From Candidatus Saccharimonadota bacterium (lineage in GTDB: Bacteria; Patescibacteriota; Gracilibacteria; UBA4473): a stretch of DNA of 32,000 nucleotides. The notes beneath the pieces were generated by a model that searched no databases, had not been told where the DNA came from, and was given only the letters and a program-made list of their open reading frames with translations. How positions within the stretch are numbered: position 1 is the first letter of the stretch; each line of letters opens with the position of its first letter. The position numbers were made by a program, and so were the translations under genes. Shown one piece after another: positions 31,579 to 32,000 of this stretch. Location of the stretch: assembly GCA_965228485.1 (NCBI GenBank), contig OZ245819.1:330001-362000 (forward strand), read 5' to 3'.

Positions 31579-32000
31579 ATGAAAGAATACTTTTACACAC
31601 TACTCATATCGGTCACTCCAGTACTTGAACTGAGAGCTTCTATTCCTATTGCCATATTGAAATACGAATTATCCCCTCTTGAGGCACTAATTATTTCCTG
31701 TATAGGAGGTATTATTGTAGCCGCTATATCGTTGGCACTACTACCTGTAATCGTCCATATAGCAGAGAAACATATTCCTTTTGTGGAATCTATTTTGAAT
31801 AAAATTTTTGCTCACACAAGAAAGAAGCATAGCGAAAAAATGAATCTATTAGGAGACATATTCTTGGTAATATTTGTTGCCATCCCCCTTCCCGGAAGTG
31901 GTTTTTTCAGTGGAAGTATTATCGCTTATCTATTTGGAATAAAGTTCTGGAAAGCCCTACTCCTTATAGGAACAGGAATAATTTTTAGTGGAATAATTGT
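31579..32000 (+). CDS. Small multidrug-export-like membrane protein (COG2426 / Sm_multidrug_ex family), partial at the right edge
   Basis: Absent from the track because it is truncated. Hand translation from the ATG at 31579 gives MKEYFYTLLISVTPVLELRASIPIAILKYELSPLEALIISCIGGIIVAAISLALLP...VAIPLPGSGFFSGSIIAYLFGI. The ELR..IP motif and the PLPG..TG-like motif fit the family pattern. Confidence 0.6.
   Translation, partial: MKEYFYTLLISVTPVLELRASIPIAILKYELSPLEALIISCIGGIIVAAISLALLPVIVHIAEKHIPFVESILNKIFAHTRKKHSEKMNLLGDIFLVIFVAIPLPGSGFFSGSIIAYLFGIKFWKALLLIGTGIIFSGII

Overview
AT-rich bacterial window. Almost all genes end in TAA and most lack a Shine-Dalgarno (SD) sequence, but sigma70-type promoters (TTGACA-17-TACAAT) are clear. 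This style fits a reduced, uncultivated lineage such as Patescibacteria/CPR, though that is inference only. Recognisable housekeeping genes: maf, uppP, lepB, tRNA-Leu(UAG), a stand-alone 5'-3' exonuclease, ftsA-ftsZ, prfB, a CaCA antiporter, yebC, rsmH and an ftsL-like gene. Four parts look accessory. (1) 20.8-29.9 kb, minus strand: four very large secreted proteins that share N- and C-terminal modules and carry collagen-, C1q-, MAM-, discoidin- and tail-fibre-like segments. One of them is split by a 2-bp deletion inside near-identical 189-bp repeats. (2) 1-3543, minus strand: a further giant secreted repeat protein, missing from the ORF track because it runs off the left edge, ending in SH3b-like and amidase-like segments. 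(3) 5.93-7.23 kb: a GC-rich island with non-host codon usage, SD sites, TGA stops and its own promoter and terminators. It encodes extremely Arg/Lys/Gly-rich proteins with no family I recognise. (4) 18.6-19.6 kb: a 1-kb intergenic region with convergent and divergent consensus promoters and terminators that bracket GC-enriched structured segments, which are candidate small RNAs. No CRISPR array, transposase, integrase or recognisable defence gene was seen.
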